From the NCBI GenBank assembly GCA_963753435.1, contig CAVWCF010000001.1, forward strand, positions 1,184,001-1,248,000: DNA of 64,000 bases. Direction: 5' to 3'. The notes under the pieces were generated by a model. The model saw only the letters and a program-made list of their open reading frames with translations. It ran no database searches and was not told the origin of the DNA. This DNA comes from an uncultured Actinomycetota bacterium (GTDB lineage Bacteria; Actinomycetota; Actinomycetes; CAVWCF01). Numbering within the stretch: position 1 is the stretch's first letter; each line of letters opens with the position of its first letter. The position numbers and the translations under genes were made by a program. This document shows positions 29,964-42,594 of this stretch, in pieces.

Positions 29964-30764
29964 TCACCCGATGGGTGTGTGCAGGTGCAGTCGCGCGAAC
30001 GCCAGCGCCTCCGCCAAGTCGCCCTCCCGCTCGTGCCGGGATGCGGCCTTGCGGGTGGACACCTCCACCACCACGATCCCGTCGAAACCGCGGGCCGAAA
30101 GCGTGTCGAGCAACTCCCCGCACGGCTGCTGGCCACGCCCAGGAACCAGGTGCTCATCCCGGTTCAACCCGGTCCCGTCGGCCAGGTGCACGTGCGTGAG
30201 GCGGTCACCGAGTTCGTTGGCCATGTGCATGGCGTCCGAGCGCGACACCGACGTGTGCGACAGGTCCAACGTGACGTTCGGGAAGTCCTCCTCGAGCGGG
30301 TTCCAGACCGGCGCGTACGCCTGCATCTCCCGTTTGCCGGCTCGCCAGGGGTACATGTTCTCCACGGCGAACCGCACATCGGTCACGCCCTGCATCCGCT
30401 CCAAGCCGACCGTGAACGCGCGGGCGTACTCCCGCTGCCAGCGGAACGGTGGGTGCACCACGACGGTGCCGGCGCCGAACATCTCCGCCGCCTCCCGCGC
30501 GCGCACCAACTTCGCCCACGGGTCGGTGCCCCAGACCCGCTGGGTGATCAGCAGACACGGTGCGTGGATTGCCAGCACGGGCACCTCGTACTGCTCCGAC
30601 AACTGCCGAACGGCGTCGGGGTCCTGCGAGACATCGTCGGTGAAGACCATCAGTTCGACACCGTCGTAGCCGAGACGGGAAGCCATCTCGAACGCAACCG
30701 AAGTGGGTTCCGGGTACACCGACGCTGTTGACAGCGCCACGCGCGGCTCCACCGGCGACCTCAC
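29964..30764 (-). CDS. Sugar phosphate isomerase/epimerase (AP endonuclease 2 TIM barrel)
   Basis: [52 protein letters not shown]. Confidence 0.88.
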   Translation of the reverse strand: MRSPVEPRVALSTASVYPEPTSVAFEMASRLGYDGVELMVFTDDVSQDPDAVRQLSEQYEVPVLAIHAPCLLITQRVWGTDPWAKLVRAREAAEMFGAGTVVVHPPFRWQREYARAFTVGLERMQGVTDVRFAVENMYPWRAGKREMQAYAPVWNPLEEDFPNVTLDLSHTSVSRSDAMHMANELGDRLTHVHLADGTGLNRDEHLVPGRGQQPCGELLDTLSARGFDGIVVVEVSTRKAASRHEREGDLAEALAFARLHLHTPIG

Positions 30765-30773
30765 GCCACGAGA

Positions 30774-31727
30774 CTAGACGTGCCAACTGGCCGCTTCGGC
30801 GACCCCGAGTTGGTCGATACGCCGCAGGATGACGCCCTCACGCAGCGCCCACGGGCAGATCTGCAGTTCATCGAGCTCGAGCAAGTCCATCGTCGCCTCG
30901 GCGACCACGGCACCGGCGAACAACTGCACGGAGCGACCGGCCGATACCCCCGGCAGTCGGCACCGCTCGGCGTCGTCCATGGTCGCCAGTTTCGGCACCC
31001 ACTCAGCCAGCGTCTCGCGCTGCAGCACCCGCCGCACGTACGGGCCCTCACTGGACGGCGCCGCCCCACCCAGCCGCGCCAGGGACCGGAAGGTCTTGGA
31101 GGTCGCCACCGCCAGATCCGGCTGCCCGGCGCGGCGGACGCGACCCAGATCGCGGGCCACCTCCCGGCGCACATGGCTGCGCAACTCCGCGGCCTCCTCG
31201 GCCGTGGGTGGGTCGTTCGGCAGCAGCGCCGAGGTGAGACGGCCGGCACCGAGCGGCACGGAGAAGGCGGCGCTGGGTTCCTCGTCCTGGCCGACGGCCA
31301 CCTCCAGCGACCCGCCGCCGATGTCCAGGACCAGCAGTTGCCCCGACGACCAGCCGAACCAGCGTCGCGCCGCGAAGAAGGTCAGCCGGGCCTCATCACT
31401 GCCCGAAAGCGTGACCAGGTCCACCCCGGCCTCGGTCCGGACCCGGCTCAGCAGCGCCTCGGCGTTGCTGGCGTCACGGATCGCCGACGTCGCGAAGGCG
31501 ACTATGTCCTCGGCGCCCTTCTCCTCGGCCAGGGTCCGCGCCCGCGAGATCGTTTCGACGAGTCGGTCAGCGCCGTCCGCACCGATGGAGCCATCGGCGT
31601 CCAGCAACTGCGCCAGCCGCAGGTAGGTCTTGTCCTTGAAGGCCGGGGTGGGCGGGGCACCCGGGTGGCCGTCAACCACCAATAGATGCACGGTGTTCGA
31701 CCCGACGTCGAGAACCCCCAAGCGCAC
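30774..31727 (-). CDS. Ppx/GppA family exopolyphosphatase
   Basis: [32 protein letters not shown]. Confidence 0.93.
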   Translation of the reverse strand: MRLGVLDVGSNTVHLLVVDGHPGAPPTPAFKDKTYLRLAQLLDADGSIGADGADRLVETISRARTLAEEKGAEDIVAFATSAIRDASNAEALLSRVRTEAGVDLVTLSGSDEARLTFFAARRWFGWSSGQLLVLDIGGGSLEVAVGQDEEPSAAFSVPLGAGRLTSALLPNDPPTAEEAAELRSHVRREVARDLGRVRRAGQPDLAVATSKTFRSLARLGGAAPSSEGPYVRRVLQRETLAEWVPKLATMDDAERCRLPGVSAGRSVQLFAGAVVAEATMDLLELDELQICPWALREGVILRRIDQLGVAEAASWHV

Positions 31728-31776
31728 GGACGGACGCTATCGCGGCACCAGGCGCGGTGGCGCATACGCTGACCCG

Positions 31777-32508
31777 GTGGCCGAGGTCTCCCTGGATTTT
31801 CCGCGTGCGTGGGTGGAGTTTCACGATCCCGACGACGTCAACGAGTGGTTCCGGTGCGATCTGACCTGGCTCACGTCCAGGTGGACCTGCATCTTCGGCA
31901 ACGGCTGCAAGGGCATCTACGCCAGCCGACCCGACGACGGCTGCTGCACGCTGGGGGCGCACTTCTCCGAGAAGGCCGACGAGAAGCGGGTCAAGCGCTG
32001 GGCCAAGAAGCTCACCCCGGACCTTTGGGAGCACCACGGAATCAAGCGCGTGGTGGAGCAGGACGAGGATGGCGAGTCCAAGACCCGGGTCGTCAACGGC
32101 GTCTGCGTGTTCTTCAACTCCCGGGAGTTCGACGGGCCGTTCGGTTGCGCGCTGCACCATCTGGCCGAGCGCGAGGACGTGCACTTCGTCAAGACCAAGC
32201 CCGAGGTCTGCTGGCAGTTGCCGATCCGGCGCACCTACGCCAAGGAAGACCTGGGCGACGCCAAGCGCCAGTACACGGTCATCGGGGAGTACGACCGGCG
32301 CGGCTGGGGCCCCGGCGGTCACGACCTGGACTGGTACTGCACCGGGGCAACCGAAGCCCACGTCGGCAACGAGCCGGTCTACCTGTCCAGCCGAAACGAA
32401 CTGGTGGAGTTGATGGGCGAAACGGCATACGCCGAACTCGTCCGGATCTGCGAGGAACGGCTTGCGGGCAAGACCCCGGTCGCCCCGCACCCCGCCGACG
32501 CTGAATGA
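31777..32508 (+). CDS. Conserved Cys-rich actinobacterial protein (Rv0495c-like; possible metal/Fe-S binding)
   Basis: [45 protein letters not shown]; divergent from ppx. Confidence 0.8.
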   Translation: MAEVSLDFPRAWVEFHDPDDVNEWFRCDLTWLTSRWTCIFGNGCKGIYASRPDDGCCTLGAHFSEKADEKRVKRWAKKLTPDLWEHHGIKRVVEQDEDGESKTRVVNGVCVFFNSREFDGPFGCALHHLAEREDVHFVKTKPEVCWQLPIRRTYAKEDLGDAKRQYTVIGEYDRRGWGPGGHDLDWYCTGATEAHVGNEPVYLSSRNELVELMGETAYAELVRICEERLAGKTPVAPHPADAE

Positions 32509-32517
32509 CCCGGGCCG

Positions 32518-32539
32518 TGTCGGACCCGGGACCTAGGTT
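32518..32539 (+). promoter_or_regulatory. RecA-NDp / PafBC-type DNA-damage promoter motif
   Basis: TGTCGG-N10-TAGGTT directly before the radA ATG, matching TGTCGG-N10-TA-N3-T. Confidence 0.75.
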
Positions 32540-32547
32540 TGCCCGAC

Positions 32548-33927
32548 ATGACCGCTAGTTCGACCCGTCGCCGCAAGCAGTCCGATTTCGGCTGCTCCGA
32601 ATGCGGCTGGTCCACCCCCAAGTGGGTCGGCCGCTGCGCCGGTTGCGGCGTCTGGGGCAGCGTCGTCGAGGCGGTTTCGACCGTCGACCTCACCGTCGCC
32701 GGTGGCAGCGGACCCGGTCCCGTCCGCCCAATCGCCGAGGTCAGCGCCGACGAAGCCGAGCACCGGGCCACGCAGATCGGCGAGTTGGACCGCGTGCTCG
32801 GTGGGGGCGTCGTGCCCGGATCGGTCGTGCTGGTCGCCGGCGAGCCCGGCGTGGGCAAGTCGACGCTGCTGTTGGACGTCGCGGCGCGTTCGGCGCAGGC
32901 CGGCTCTCGCGCGTTGTACGTGTCCGGCGAGGAGTCGGCTGCGCAGGTGCGCGCCCGCGCGGGTCGCATCGGCGCGCTGGCCGATGACCTGTTCCTGGCT
33001 GCGGAGTCCGACCTGGCCGGGGTCCTGGCCCATGTCGAGTCGGTGGCGCCGAGCCTGCTGGTACTGGACTCGGTGCAGACGGTGTCCATGCCGTCGGCCG
33101 ACGGTGCCGCCGGCGGCGTGGCCCAAGTGCGCGAGGTGACCGCTGCGCTGGTGCGGGTTGCCAAGGCCAGGGCGATGTCCGTGCTGCTGGTGGGGCACGT
33201 AACCAAGGACGGCGCGATCGCCGGACCACGCACGATGGAACACCTGGTCGACGTGGTCTTGTCCTTCGAGGGGGACCGGCATAGCCGACTTCGGCTACTG
33301 CGGGCGCTGAAGAACCGGTTCGGTCCCGCCGACGAGGTCGGCTGCTTCGATCTGGGCGACGACGGACTGACCGGGCTCGCTGACGCCAGCAGCCTGTTCG
33401 TCAACAGCCGATCCGATCCGGTGCCCGGCACCTGCGTGACCGTCGCCATCGAGGGACGCCGCCCGCTGGTGGCCGAAGTGCAGGCGCTGGTTGCCCCCAG
33501 CCCGTTGGCCGCGCCCCGGCGCGCCACCAGTGGACTGGACACCTCGCGCACGGCCATGGTGCTGGCCGTCCTGGAACGCCGCGCCGGAGTACGTCTCGCC
33601 GACCGCGACGTGTTCGCCGCCACCGTCGGCGGCTTGCGCCTGACCGAACCGGCCGCCGACCTGGCCCTCAGCCTTGCGGTGGCTTCGGCAGCGCACGACC
33701 TCGCGGTTCGGCCGCGTTGGGTGGCGTTCGGGGAGGTCGGTCTGACCGGTGAGGTCAGGCAGGTGCAAGGCCTACCCCAGCGACTGGCGGAAGCCGCCCG
33801 ACTGGGCTTCGAGGTTGCGATCGTGCCGTCCAGTTCTGCTGCGCGCGCACCGGAAGGAATGCGTTGCCTGGCCGTGCCCGACGTGCTCGCCGCCGTGAAC
33901 CTGCTGCGACCCGGCTCGAGCTCGTAA
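32548..33927 (+). CDS. radA: DNA repair protein RadA/Sms
   Basis: C4 zinc finger CSECG...CAGC, GEPGVGKST, KNRFG, GEVGLTGEVR. Confidence 0.97.
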   Translation: MTASSTRRRKQSDFGCSECGWSTPKWVGRCAGCGVWGSVVEAVSTVDLTVAGGSGPGPVRPIAEVSADEAEHRATQIGELDRVLGGGVVPGSVVLVAGEPGVGKSTLLLDVAARSAQAGSRALYVSGEESAAQVRARAGRIGALADDLFLAAESDLAGVLAHVESVAPSLLVLDSVQTVSMPSADGAAGGVAQVREVTAALVRVAKARAMSVLLVGHVTKDGAIAGPRTMEHLVDVVLSFEGDRHSRLRLLRALKNRFGPADEVGCFDLGDDGLTGLADASSLFVNSRSDPVPGTCVTVAIEGRRPLVAEVQALVAPSPLAAPRRATSGLDTSRTAMVLAVLERRAGVRLADRDVFAATVGGLRLTEPAADLALSLAVASAAHDLAVRPRWVAFGEVGLTGEVRQVQGLPQRLAEAARLGFEVAIVPSSSAARAPEGMRCLAVPDVLAAVNLLRPGSSS

Positions 33928-33977
33928 TCCCACTAGGCTGCGGCCCAACGATCGACTGCAGCCAAACGAGGTGGTAA

Positions 33978-35087
33978 GTGGCTCCGCCCGCGGACAAGTC
34001 CGACGATCCCGTCGAGCGTGAGGCCCTGTTCCGCCGCACGCTGCAAGCAGTAGCGCCCGGCACCGAACTGCGCGACGGCCTGGAGCGCATCCTCCGCGGT
34101 GGCACCGGCAGCCTCGTCGTCTTCGGACACGACCGGGTGGTCGAATCCGTCTGCAGCGGCGGCTTCACCCTCGACATCGAGTTCAGCGCTACCCGGCTAC
34201 GCGAACTGGCCAAGATGGACGGCGCTGTCGTCCTGTCCACCGACGGCTCGCGCATCCTCAAGGCGAACACGCATCTGGTTCCCGACCCGACCCTGCCGAC
34301 ATCGGAGTCCGGCATGCGCCACCGGACCGCCGAGCGCACCGCTCGCCACACCGGCCTACCGGTGCTGTCGGTGTCCAGCTCGATGAACATCATCGTCTTG
34401 TACCTGGACGACCGCCGGTACGTCCTGGAGGAGCCGGGCTCGATCCTCGGCCGCGCCAACCAGGCTCTTGCGACGCTGGAGCGCTACAAGCAACGGCTGG
34501 ACGAAGTGGCCGGGTCGCTGTCTGCGCTGGAGATAGAAGACCTCGTGACGGTCCGCGACGTGATCCAGGTGGCGCAGCGGTTGGAGATGGTGCGCCGGAT
34601 CGCCGACGAGATCGACGGCTACGTGCTGGAACTGGGCACCAGCGGCCGGCTGTTGTCGCTGCAACTGGAGGAACTCGTGCGCGGCCTCGGCGCCGACCGC
34701 GAACTGCTGGCGGCCGACTACTTGCCGCGCCCGGCTCGGCGCCGCCGCGCCAAGGAGCCACACCCCGACCTGGACGCACTACGCAACCTGTCGTCAACCG
34801 AACTGGTCGACCTGGGCGCAGTCGCCCGCGTGCTCGGGTTCAACGGAACCGAAGTCATGGAGCAGCCGCTGACCCCGCGCGGCTATCGGTTGCTCGCCCG
34901 AGTGCCGCGGCTGCCGGCCGGCGTCGTAGACGGTCTGGTCAAGCACTTCGATGGGCTGCAACCGCTACTCGGCGCCACCGTCGATGAGCTGCAAGCCGTC
35001 GAAGGAGTCGGTGAGAGCCGGGCCCGGACGATCCGCGAGGGGCTGTCGCGCATGGCGGAGTCCTCGATCCTGGAGCGGTACGTCTAG
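33978..35087 (+). CDS. disA: DNA integrity scanning diadenylate cyclase DisA
   Basis: DAC motifs MDGA and GMRHRTA, C-terminal HhH (VEGVG); downstream of radA. Confidence 0.97.
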   Translation: MAPPADKSDDPVEREALFRRTLQAVAPGTELRDGLERILRGGTGSLVVFGHDRVVESVCSGGFTLDIEFSATRLRELAKMDGAVVLSTDGSRILKANTHLVPDPTLPTSESGMRHRTAERTARHTGLPVLSVSSSMNIIVLYLDDRRYVLEEPGSILGRANQALATLERYKQRLDEVAGSLSALEIEDLVTVRDVIQVAQRLEMVRRIADEIDGYVLELGTSGRLLSLQLEELVRGLGADRELLAADYLPRPARRRRAKEPHPDLDALRNLSSTELVDLGAVARVLGFNGTEVMEQPLTPRGYRLLARVPRLPAGVVDGLVKHFDGLQPLLGATVDELQAVEGVGESRARTIREGLSRMAESSILERYV

Positions 35088-35138
35088 GCACGCACGGCTC
35101 GACCCGAACCCTGGACAGAACTGAACGGCGCAGTCGTG

Positions 35139-35570
35139 TCACTGCTGCGGCACCAGTCCGGCCAGCCGCCAAAGGTCGACCACCAGCACCTCGTCACCGC
35201 TGCCGGCCAGTTGCGTGGTCCCGGACACGTAGTCGGGTAGGCCGATCCCAGCAGGCCGAACGGCGCCGGCATCACCGTCACCCAATACCCGGTCGACCGA
35301 GTCGACGGCGAGGACGACCACGTCCCCGTCTGCCACTCCCGGGGCCGGGGGCGCCTGCACGACCAGCGCGTCGCCGGTCTTGCCCGGGTAGGCGCGGCTG
35401 CGCAGGTCCACCACGGGCACCGGACGACCTCGCAGCGAAAGCACGCCGGTCACCGGAGCCCGGGTTCCTTGCAGCTCCTCAACGCCAGCGGCCCGAAGCA
35501 CCTCCTGAACCTGATCCAGGGGCGCGGCCAACAGCCGCTCGTCGAGCCGGAACAACACGCTGGCGCTCAT
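35139..35570 (-). CDS. cheW: Chemotaxis coupling protein CheW
   Basis: VQEVL, GVLSLRGRPVPVVDLR, LAVDSV; coupled to cheR. Confidence 0.85.
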   Translation of the reverse strand: MSASVLFRLDERLLAAPLDQVQEVLRAAGVEELQGTRAPVTGVLSLRGRPVPVVDLRSRAYPGKTGDALVVQAPPAPGVADGDVVVLAVDSVDRVLGDGDAGAVRPAGIGLPDYVSGTTQLAGSGDEVLVVDLWRLAGLVPQQ

Positions 35571-37009
35571 CGGCGCACCTCCGAATCGGCTTCGGCCAGT
35601 TCACGACACAACTCGATCAAGTCGGCCACGGGTCGGCCGTCCAGCAGCGGCTCGATGTCCGCCACTGGCGTGCGCGGCAAGGTCTCCACCGCGGCCCGGA
35701 ACGCACGCAAGGCCGCGGGTCGGTCGTCCAGACGCCGAAGTGCCGCACCCAGCAAGAAGTGCACATGACCGGCGGCCGGGTTCAGGAACAGTGCCTTGCG
35801 CAGCGGGTCGACCGCGTCGATGTCGCGGCCCAACGTGGACAGCAGGTAGCCGCGCAGGACGTAGGCGTCAGCGAGCAGCGGGTCGGTCGCGATCGCCCGG
35901 TCGGTCAGTTCCAGGGCTTCGAGGTAGTGACCCAGGGTTCGCGCCGATCGGGCGGACTCCAGGAAAGAAGCGGCGACCTGCTCCGTCGACGGCTCGCCCA
36001 ACTCGTCGGGGAGTCCGGTGAACCTCGACGGCGCCGTGGCAGCCGCGCGGGACGTGCCGCGAACGTCGGCCGGCTGTCGCCCGCTGTGCCCGCTGGCGGC
36101 GTTGCCCACCGGGGCGGTCGCGAAACCGGGCGCGCCGCCGCCGATCTTGGCGGCCGGTGGAACGTTGACTGAATTGAGCAGACGACTGCGGGGCCGTCGC
36201 CGGGCCGGCTTTCGATAGCCGAACGCCTCGCCGAGGGGCACCAACTCGAAATCGTCGCTGATCTGCCAGAGCGTCTCGGCGTGCCCGAGCAACATCCAGC
36301 CATCAACCCGAAGGGCCCGGCCGAGTCGCTCGATCACGGCCCTGGTGGTCTCGCGACCGAAGTAGATGGTGACGTTGCGGCAGAGGACCAGGTCCACCTC
36401 GCCCGGGCTGAACGGCGGGTCGTCGAGCAGGTTGTGCACGCCGAACGTCACCAGTTCGGCCACCTCGGACCGGACCCGCATGCGCGGACCGTCGAGCGGG
36501 TCGAACCAGCGCGCGACCGCACCGTCCTCGGCCAGGTCCAGGGTGCGTCCCGAATACTCGCCGGCCTGGGCGCGCTCGATCGCTCGCGGCGACACATCCG
36601 TGCCGACGATTCGTACCGGCGGCGGCGCGGGGATCGCGCCGAGCAGTTCCGCCACGAGCATCCCGACGGTGTACGCCTCCTCCCCGGTGGAACACCCAGC
36701 GCTCCAGATGGTCACTGGCCGGTTGGCCCGGGCGCCGCGCAGCAGCACCTCCGGAAGAACGTGCCGCCGCATCGCTTCCACCTGCGGGCGGTTGCGGTGA
36801 AAGTGCGTCTCCTGGATCGTCGCGCGGTCGATCAGCGCGCCGCGTTCGACCGGGTCGGAAGTAACGCGATCTAGGTATTCGTCCACACCGGCGCATCCCA
36901 ACGCCGCCACTCGTTGGTTGATGAAGTCCGCCAAGCTGGCGGCGCGTGTTGCCTCGGGGTTCAACCCGACGTGGCGCTCCAGCCAGAGCGGGACCGGCTC
37001 ACCCGTCAT
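35567..37009 (-). CDS. cheR: CheR-type protein-glutamate methyltransferase with C-terminal TPR
   Basis: IQETHFHRN, WSAGCSTGEEAY, GTDVS, HNLL, CRNVTIYF, GHAET; TPR-like repeats (DPLLADAYVLRG, RKALFLNP...HFLLG). Confidence 0.92.
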   Translation of the reverse strand: MTGEPVPLWLERHVGLNPEATRAASLADFINQRVAALGCAGVDEYLDRVTSDPVERGALIDRATIQETHFHRNRPQVEAMRRHVLPEVLLRGARANRPVTIWSAGCSTGEEAYTVGMLVAELLGAIPAPPPVRIVGTDVSPRAIERAQAGEYSGRTLDLAEDGAVARWFDPLDGPRMRVRSEVAELVTFGVHNLLDDPPFSPGEVDLVLCRNVTIYFGRETTRAVIERLGRALRVDGWMLLGHAETLWQISDDFELVPLGEAFGYRKPARRRPRSRLLNSVNVPPAAKIGGGAPGFATAPVGNAASGHSGRQPADVRGTSRAAATAPSRFTGLPDELGEPSTEQVAASFLESARSARTLGHYLEALELTDRAIATDPLLADAYVLRGYLLSTLGRDIDAVDPLRKALFLNPAAGHVHFLLGAALRRLDDRPAALRAFRAAVETLPRTPVADIEPLLDGRPVADLIELCRELAEADSEVRR

Positions 37010-38043
37010 CGGTTCACCGCCTCAATTTGCTGCAGCGCCACCCGAATCGCGTCAGCGACATGCTCCAGAGCCACGACCTCGGTCACGAAGCCGGCGGTCG
37101 TGGCGGCGCCGGGCATGCCCCAGACCACCGCGGTGGCCTCATCCTGCGCAATGGTGTGCGCGCCGTGGTCGGTCAGCGCAGCCATTCCGTTGACACCGTC
37201 GCGGCCCATTCCGGTCAGCAGTACGCCGACCGAACGCGGGCCACACACCTCCGCCACCGAGATCAAGGTGGTGTCCACGCTGGGGACGTGGAACTGCGCC
37301 GAGGCCGGCGCGGTCAGATGCAGGCGCATGCCCGGATGCAGTTCGAGGTTGGCGCCGAAGGGCGCCAAGTACACGCAGCCGGGGATGGCGCGTTCGCCGT
37401 CGACCGCGACGCGGACCGGCAACGGGCACACCTCGTCCAGCCAGCGGGCCAGCCCTTCGACGAACCCATCGGCCATGTGCTGCACGACGAGCACAACCGC
37501 GTCCAGGTCCTCCGGTAGCGATCCCAGGACCGTGGCCAAGGCCGGCGGACCGCCGGTGGAAGCACCGATCGTGACCACCGGACGACGGACCGGCGCGGCT
37601 CGGCCGCGCAGACGGGCCCGCGGATGCGTGATTACGGGAGCCCTCGCAGCGACCGCGAGGTGCTTGCGCACGGCGACGGCGTGCTGGGGGCTGTTGACAT
37701 CGGCAGCCACGTCGATGAGATCCACGGCGCCGGCGGCCAGGGCTGTTGCCGCGTGCTCGGCCGCGGCCCGGTAGACGACGATCGGAGTGGCCCTGGTGGC
37801 CATGATCTGCTCGATGACCTCCAGGCCGCCATCGTGAAGATCCAAATCCAGTAGCAGCACGTCAACTGCGGCGGTGCGCACGATCTGTTCGGCTTCATCC
37901 GCATCGCGAACCTGACCGCAAATCACGAAGCCCGGGTCTTCCAGCAGCCTCGCGAGCGCGCGCAGACGCGTCCGGGTGCGGGCGACGAGCAGCACCCGGG
38001 TCGCGGCGGAACCGTCCGCGGTCGGCTCGGCAGGCGACGCCAT
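37006..38043 (-). CDS. cheB: Chemotaxis methylesterase CheB with receiver-like N-terminus
   Basis: Catalytic contexts GASTGG, VQHM, PSVD, LTGMGRDG, AQDEAT, WGMP. Confidence 0.92.
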   Translation of the reverse strand: MASPAEPTADGSAATRVLLVARTRTRLRALARLLEDPGFVICGQVRDADEAEQIVRTAAVDVLLLDLDLHDGGLEVIEQIMATRATPIVVYRAAAEHAATALAAGAVDLIDVAADVNSPQHAVAVRKHLAVAARAPVITHPRARLRGRAAPVRRPVVTIGASTGGPPALATVLGSLPEDLDAVVLVVQHMADGFVEGLARWLDEVCPLPVRVAVDGERAIPGCVYLAPFGANLELHPGMRLHLTAPASAQFHVPSVDTTLISVAEVCGPRSVGVLLTGMGRDGVNGMAALTDHGAHTIAQDEATAVVWGMPGAATTAGFVTEVVALEHVADAIRVALQQIEAVNR

Positions 38044-38139
38044 TACGGTCACCGGCACCTCCCGGGCACGACACGGCATCGGGGGCTGTCCCCTCTGAGG
38101 CGGTTGTCGTCGCGTTCGCCGGTGGGCTTGAGGGCCCCG

Positions 38140-38772
38140 CTACTGCAGAGTGAAGGCGCTTTCGCCGCTGTTGAGCGACCCGACCCGCGCGACGGCGACG
38201 TAGTCACCAGCGTCGACGTCGCCGAGATCGTCGGGGCAGCCTTCGGCGGACCGGCCGCGATCCCACAGCACGGTCACCCGTTCGCCGTCGCCGGGAGCCA
38301 GGGAGACGACCTCCGGGTCGCCGCCGGGGTTGCAGTGGTCGCTGGACCAGAGGACCTGCTCGCCGGACCGAACCTGCAACTCCAGTGCCGCCTGACCGAC
38401 GTCGCGTTCACAGGTCCGTTGTGAGGAGTTCACCACCCGCAGGGTCAGCCGCGGATCCTGATCGGCGGCGTACTCGGTGCGGTCGGTGAGCACGTCGAGC
38501 GTGAGTTCGTCGTCAGCGCACTCAGCCGAGGAAGGCGCGGTCGTCGCCGTGGGTTCGGCGGAGTCGGTCGGGGTGGCTGCCGGCGTCGGTGTGGCCGCGG
38601 CGGACTCGCTGGGGGCGGGCGCGGTCGTTGCGTCGCCGTCACCGCCGGTCAACGCGGTGATCAACCACCACAGCAGCGCCAGCACCGCGATGACGGCCAC
38701 CAGGAACAGCAGGCGTCGCCGCCAGTAGACCGACGCCGGGTGCGGGCCGACCGGGCGCAGCAGGCTGGACAC
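38140..38772 (-). CDS. Conserved membrane-anchored protein (Rv3587c-like)
   Basis: GPHPASVYWRRR plus TM, Pro/Thr linker, C...CERDVG...WSSDHC; usual neighbour of disA/clpC. Confidence 0.8.
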   Translation of the reverse strand: MSSLLRPVGPHPASVYWRRRLLFLVAVIAVLALLWWLITALTGGDGDATTAPAPSESAAATPTPAATPTDSAEPTATTAPSSAECADDELTLDVLTDRTEYAADQDPRLTLRVVNSSQRTCERDVGQAALELQVRSGEQVLWSSDHCNPGGDPEVVSLAPGDGERVTVLWDRGRSAEGCPDDLGDVDAGDYVAVARVGSLNSGESAFTLQ

Positions 38773-38833
38773 GGCGGCCACTCTAGGTGGCGGCCGTCAG
38801 CGACTCACGAGGACCGTTTCGGTTGCCCCAACG

Positions 38834-38882
38834 CTTGAATGCGGCTTTCAGGCGATCTATTCGCGTGAAAGCCGCATTCAAG
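38834..38882. repeat. Perfect 17-bp inverted repeat downstream of clpC (family A copy 3; possible terminator or stabiliser)
   Basis: CTTGAATGCGGCTTTCA-N15-TGAAAGCCGCATTCAAG. Confidence 0.85.
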
Positions 38883-38900
38883 GCGGGCAGTTGGGGTGGG

Positions 38901-41399
<2,499 letters not shown>

Positions 41400-41628
41400 C
41401 TCGCTCCTCCTGGTCCCGGGACCACGGATCGTCTGATCCGGTGCTCCGGTTCGGCCATGCTAACCCCGTGCACCAAAGGTTTCAGGGGAGCATTCCGCTC
41501 CCGTCGCCCAGTTGGATGCGCCGGCTCTGCTGCAAACGTCGGCCGGTTTCGGGTGCTTCCGTAGTCCGCGCAGGGCGAAACCGGGCCGGGGGCCGCTGCG
41601 CTCCTGCGTCTGGATCGGTGGGGTCGCG

Positions 41629-42258
41629 GTGAGCGGGGTGATCGTCGTCGGCGCCGGACCGGGCTTGGGGATGGCGCTGGCGCGGCGGTTCGCCGCCGGC
41701 GGGCTGCGCCCGGCCCTGCTGTCCCGGCAACCGTCCGAAACGGCCGCAGCTGAGCTCGACGACCCCGTCCTGATCGCCGCCGACGCGGCCGATCCGGACG
41801 CCCTGACCAGGGGCATCGACGCCGCCGCGGCCCAGGTGGGGCCGGTGGAAGCCCTGCTGTTCAACCCATCAGTGACGCTGATGGGGCGGCCGTCCGAAGT
41901 CGACCCGGCAGCGGTTGCCGCGGCTTTGGCGGTGGGGACGGTGGGCGCCATCTCCGCAGCCCAGGCGGTACTGCCCGGCATGCGGGAGCGCGGCCGCGGG
42001 ACGCTGCTGTTCACCGGCGGCGGCACTGCGCTGCAGCCCTGGGTGGACGCGGTCGCCATCGGGTTGCAGAAGGCCGCGCTGCGCAACTACGCCCTGGCGC
42101 TGGCAGCGGAACTGCGTGGCGAGCCGGTGCGCGCGGGCACGGTCACGATCACGGGCATGATCGGGTCGGCGGGATTCGAACCGGACCGGATCGCAGACGC
42201 CTTCTGGGCGTGGCATCTGAACCCGGCCGCCGCCGACGAGGTCGTTTTCGACGGCTGA
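41629..42258 (+). CDS. Short-chain dehydrogenase/reductase (atypical)
   Basis: VVGAGPGLG, LLFTGGG, GLQKAALRN (no canonical Tyr). Confidence 0.85.
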   Translation: MSGVIVVGAGPGLGMALARRFAAGGLRPALLSRQPSETAAAELDDPVLIAADAADPDALTRGIDAAAAQVGPVEALLFNPSVTLMGRPSEVDPAAVAAALAVGTVGAISAAQAVLPGMRERGRGTLLFTGGGTALQPWVDAVAIGLQKAALRNYALALAAELRGEPVRAGTVTITGMIGSAGFEPDRIADAFWAWHLNPAAADEVVFDG

Positions 42259-42279
42259 GCGGACCGTTATGGGGTCGGG

Positions 42280-42594
42280 CTAATGCGCCGCCTCGTAAGC
42301 GGCGCGCAATTCCGCCGAAATCCGGCCGCGCTCGTTTACTGCCCGACCCTGGGATTTTGCCCATTCGCGAATGAGGGCGCTGTCCCCGGGGCCGGAGCGG
42401 CGACGGCCGCCGGTGCTTCGCCCAGCCCGCCTGCCGTTGGCCACGAAGTTCGCGAGCGAGTCGCGTAGACGCGCAGCATTTGCCGCCGACAGGTCGATTT
42501 CGTAGTTGGTGCCGTCCAACCCGAAAGTGACGGTTTCGTCGGCTGGACCCCCGTCAAGGTCATCCACCAGAGTTACGACAACTCGCTGCGCCAT
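42280..42594 (-). CDS. lsr2: Nucleoid-associated protein Lsr2
   Basis: DDLDG, YEIDLS, IREWA, RGRI AT-hook. Confidence 0.96.
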   Translation of the reverse strand: MAQRVVVTLVDDLDGGPADETVTFGLDGTNYEIDLSAANAARLRDSLANFVANGRRAGRSTGGRRRSGPGDSALIREWAKSQGRAVNERGRISAELRAAYEAAH

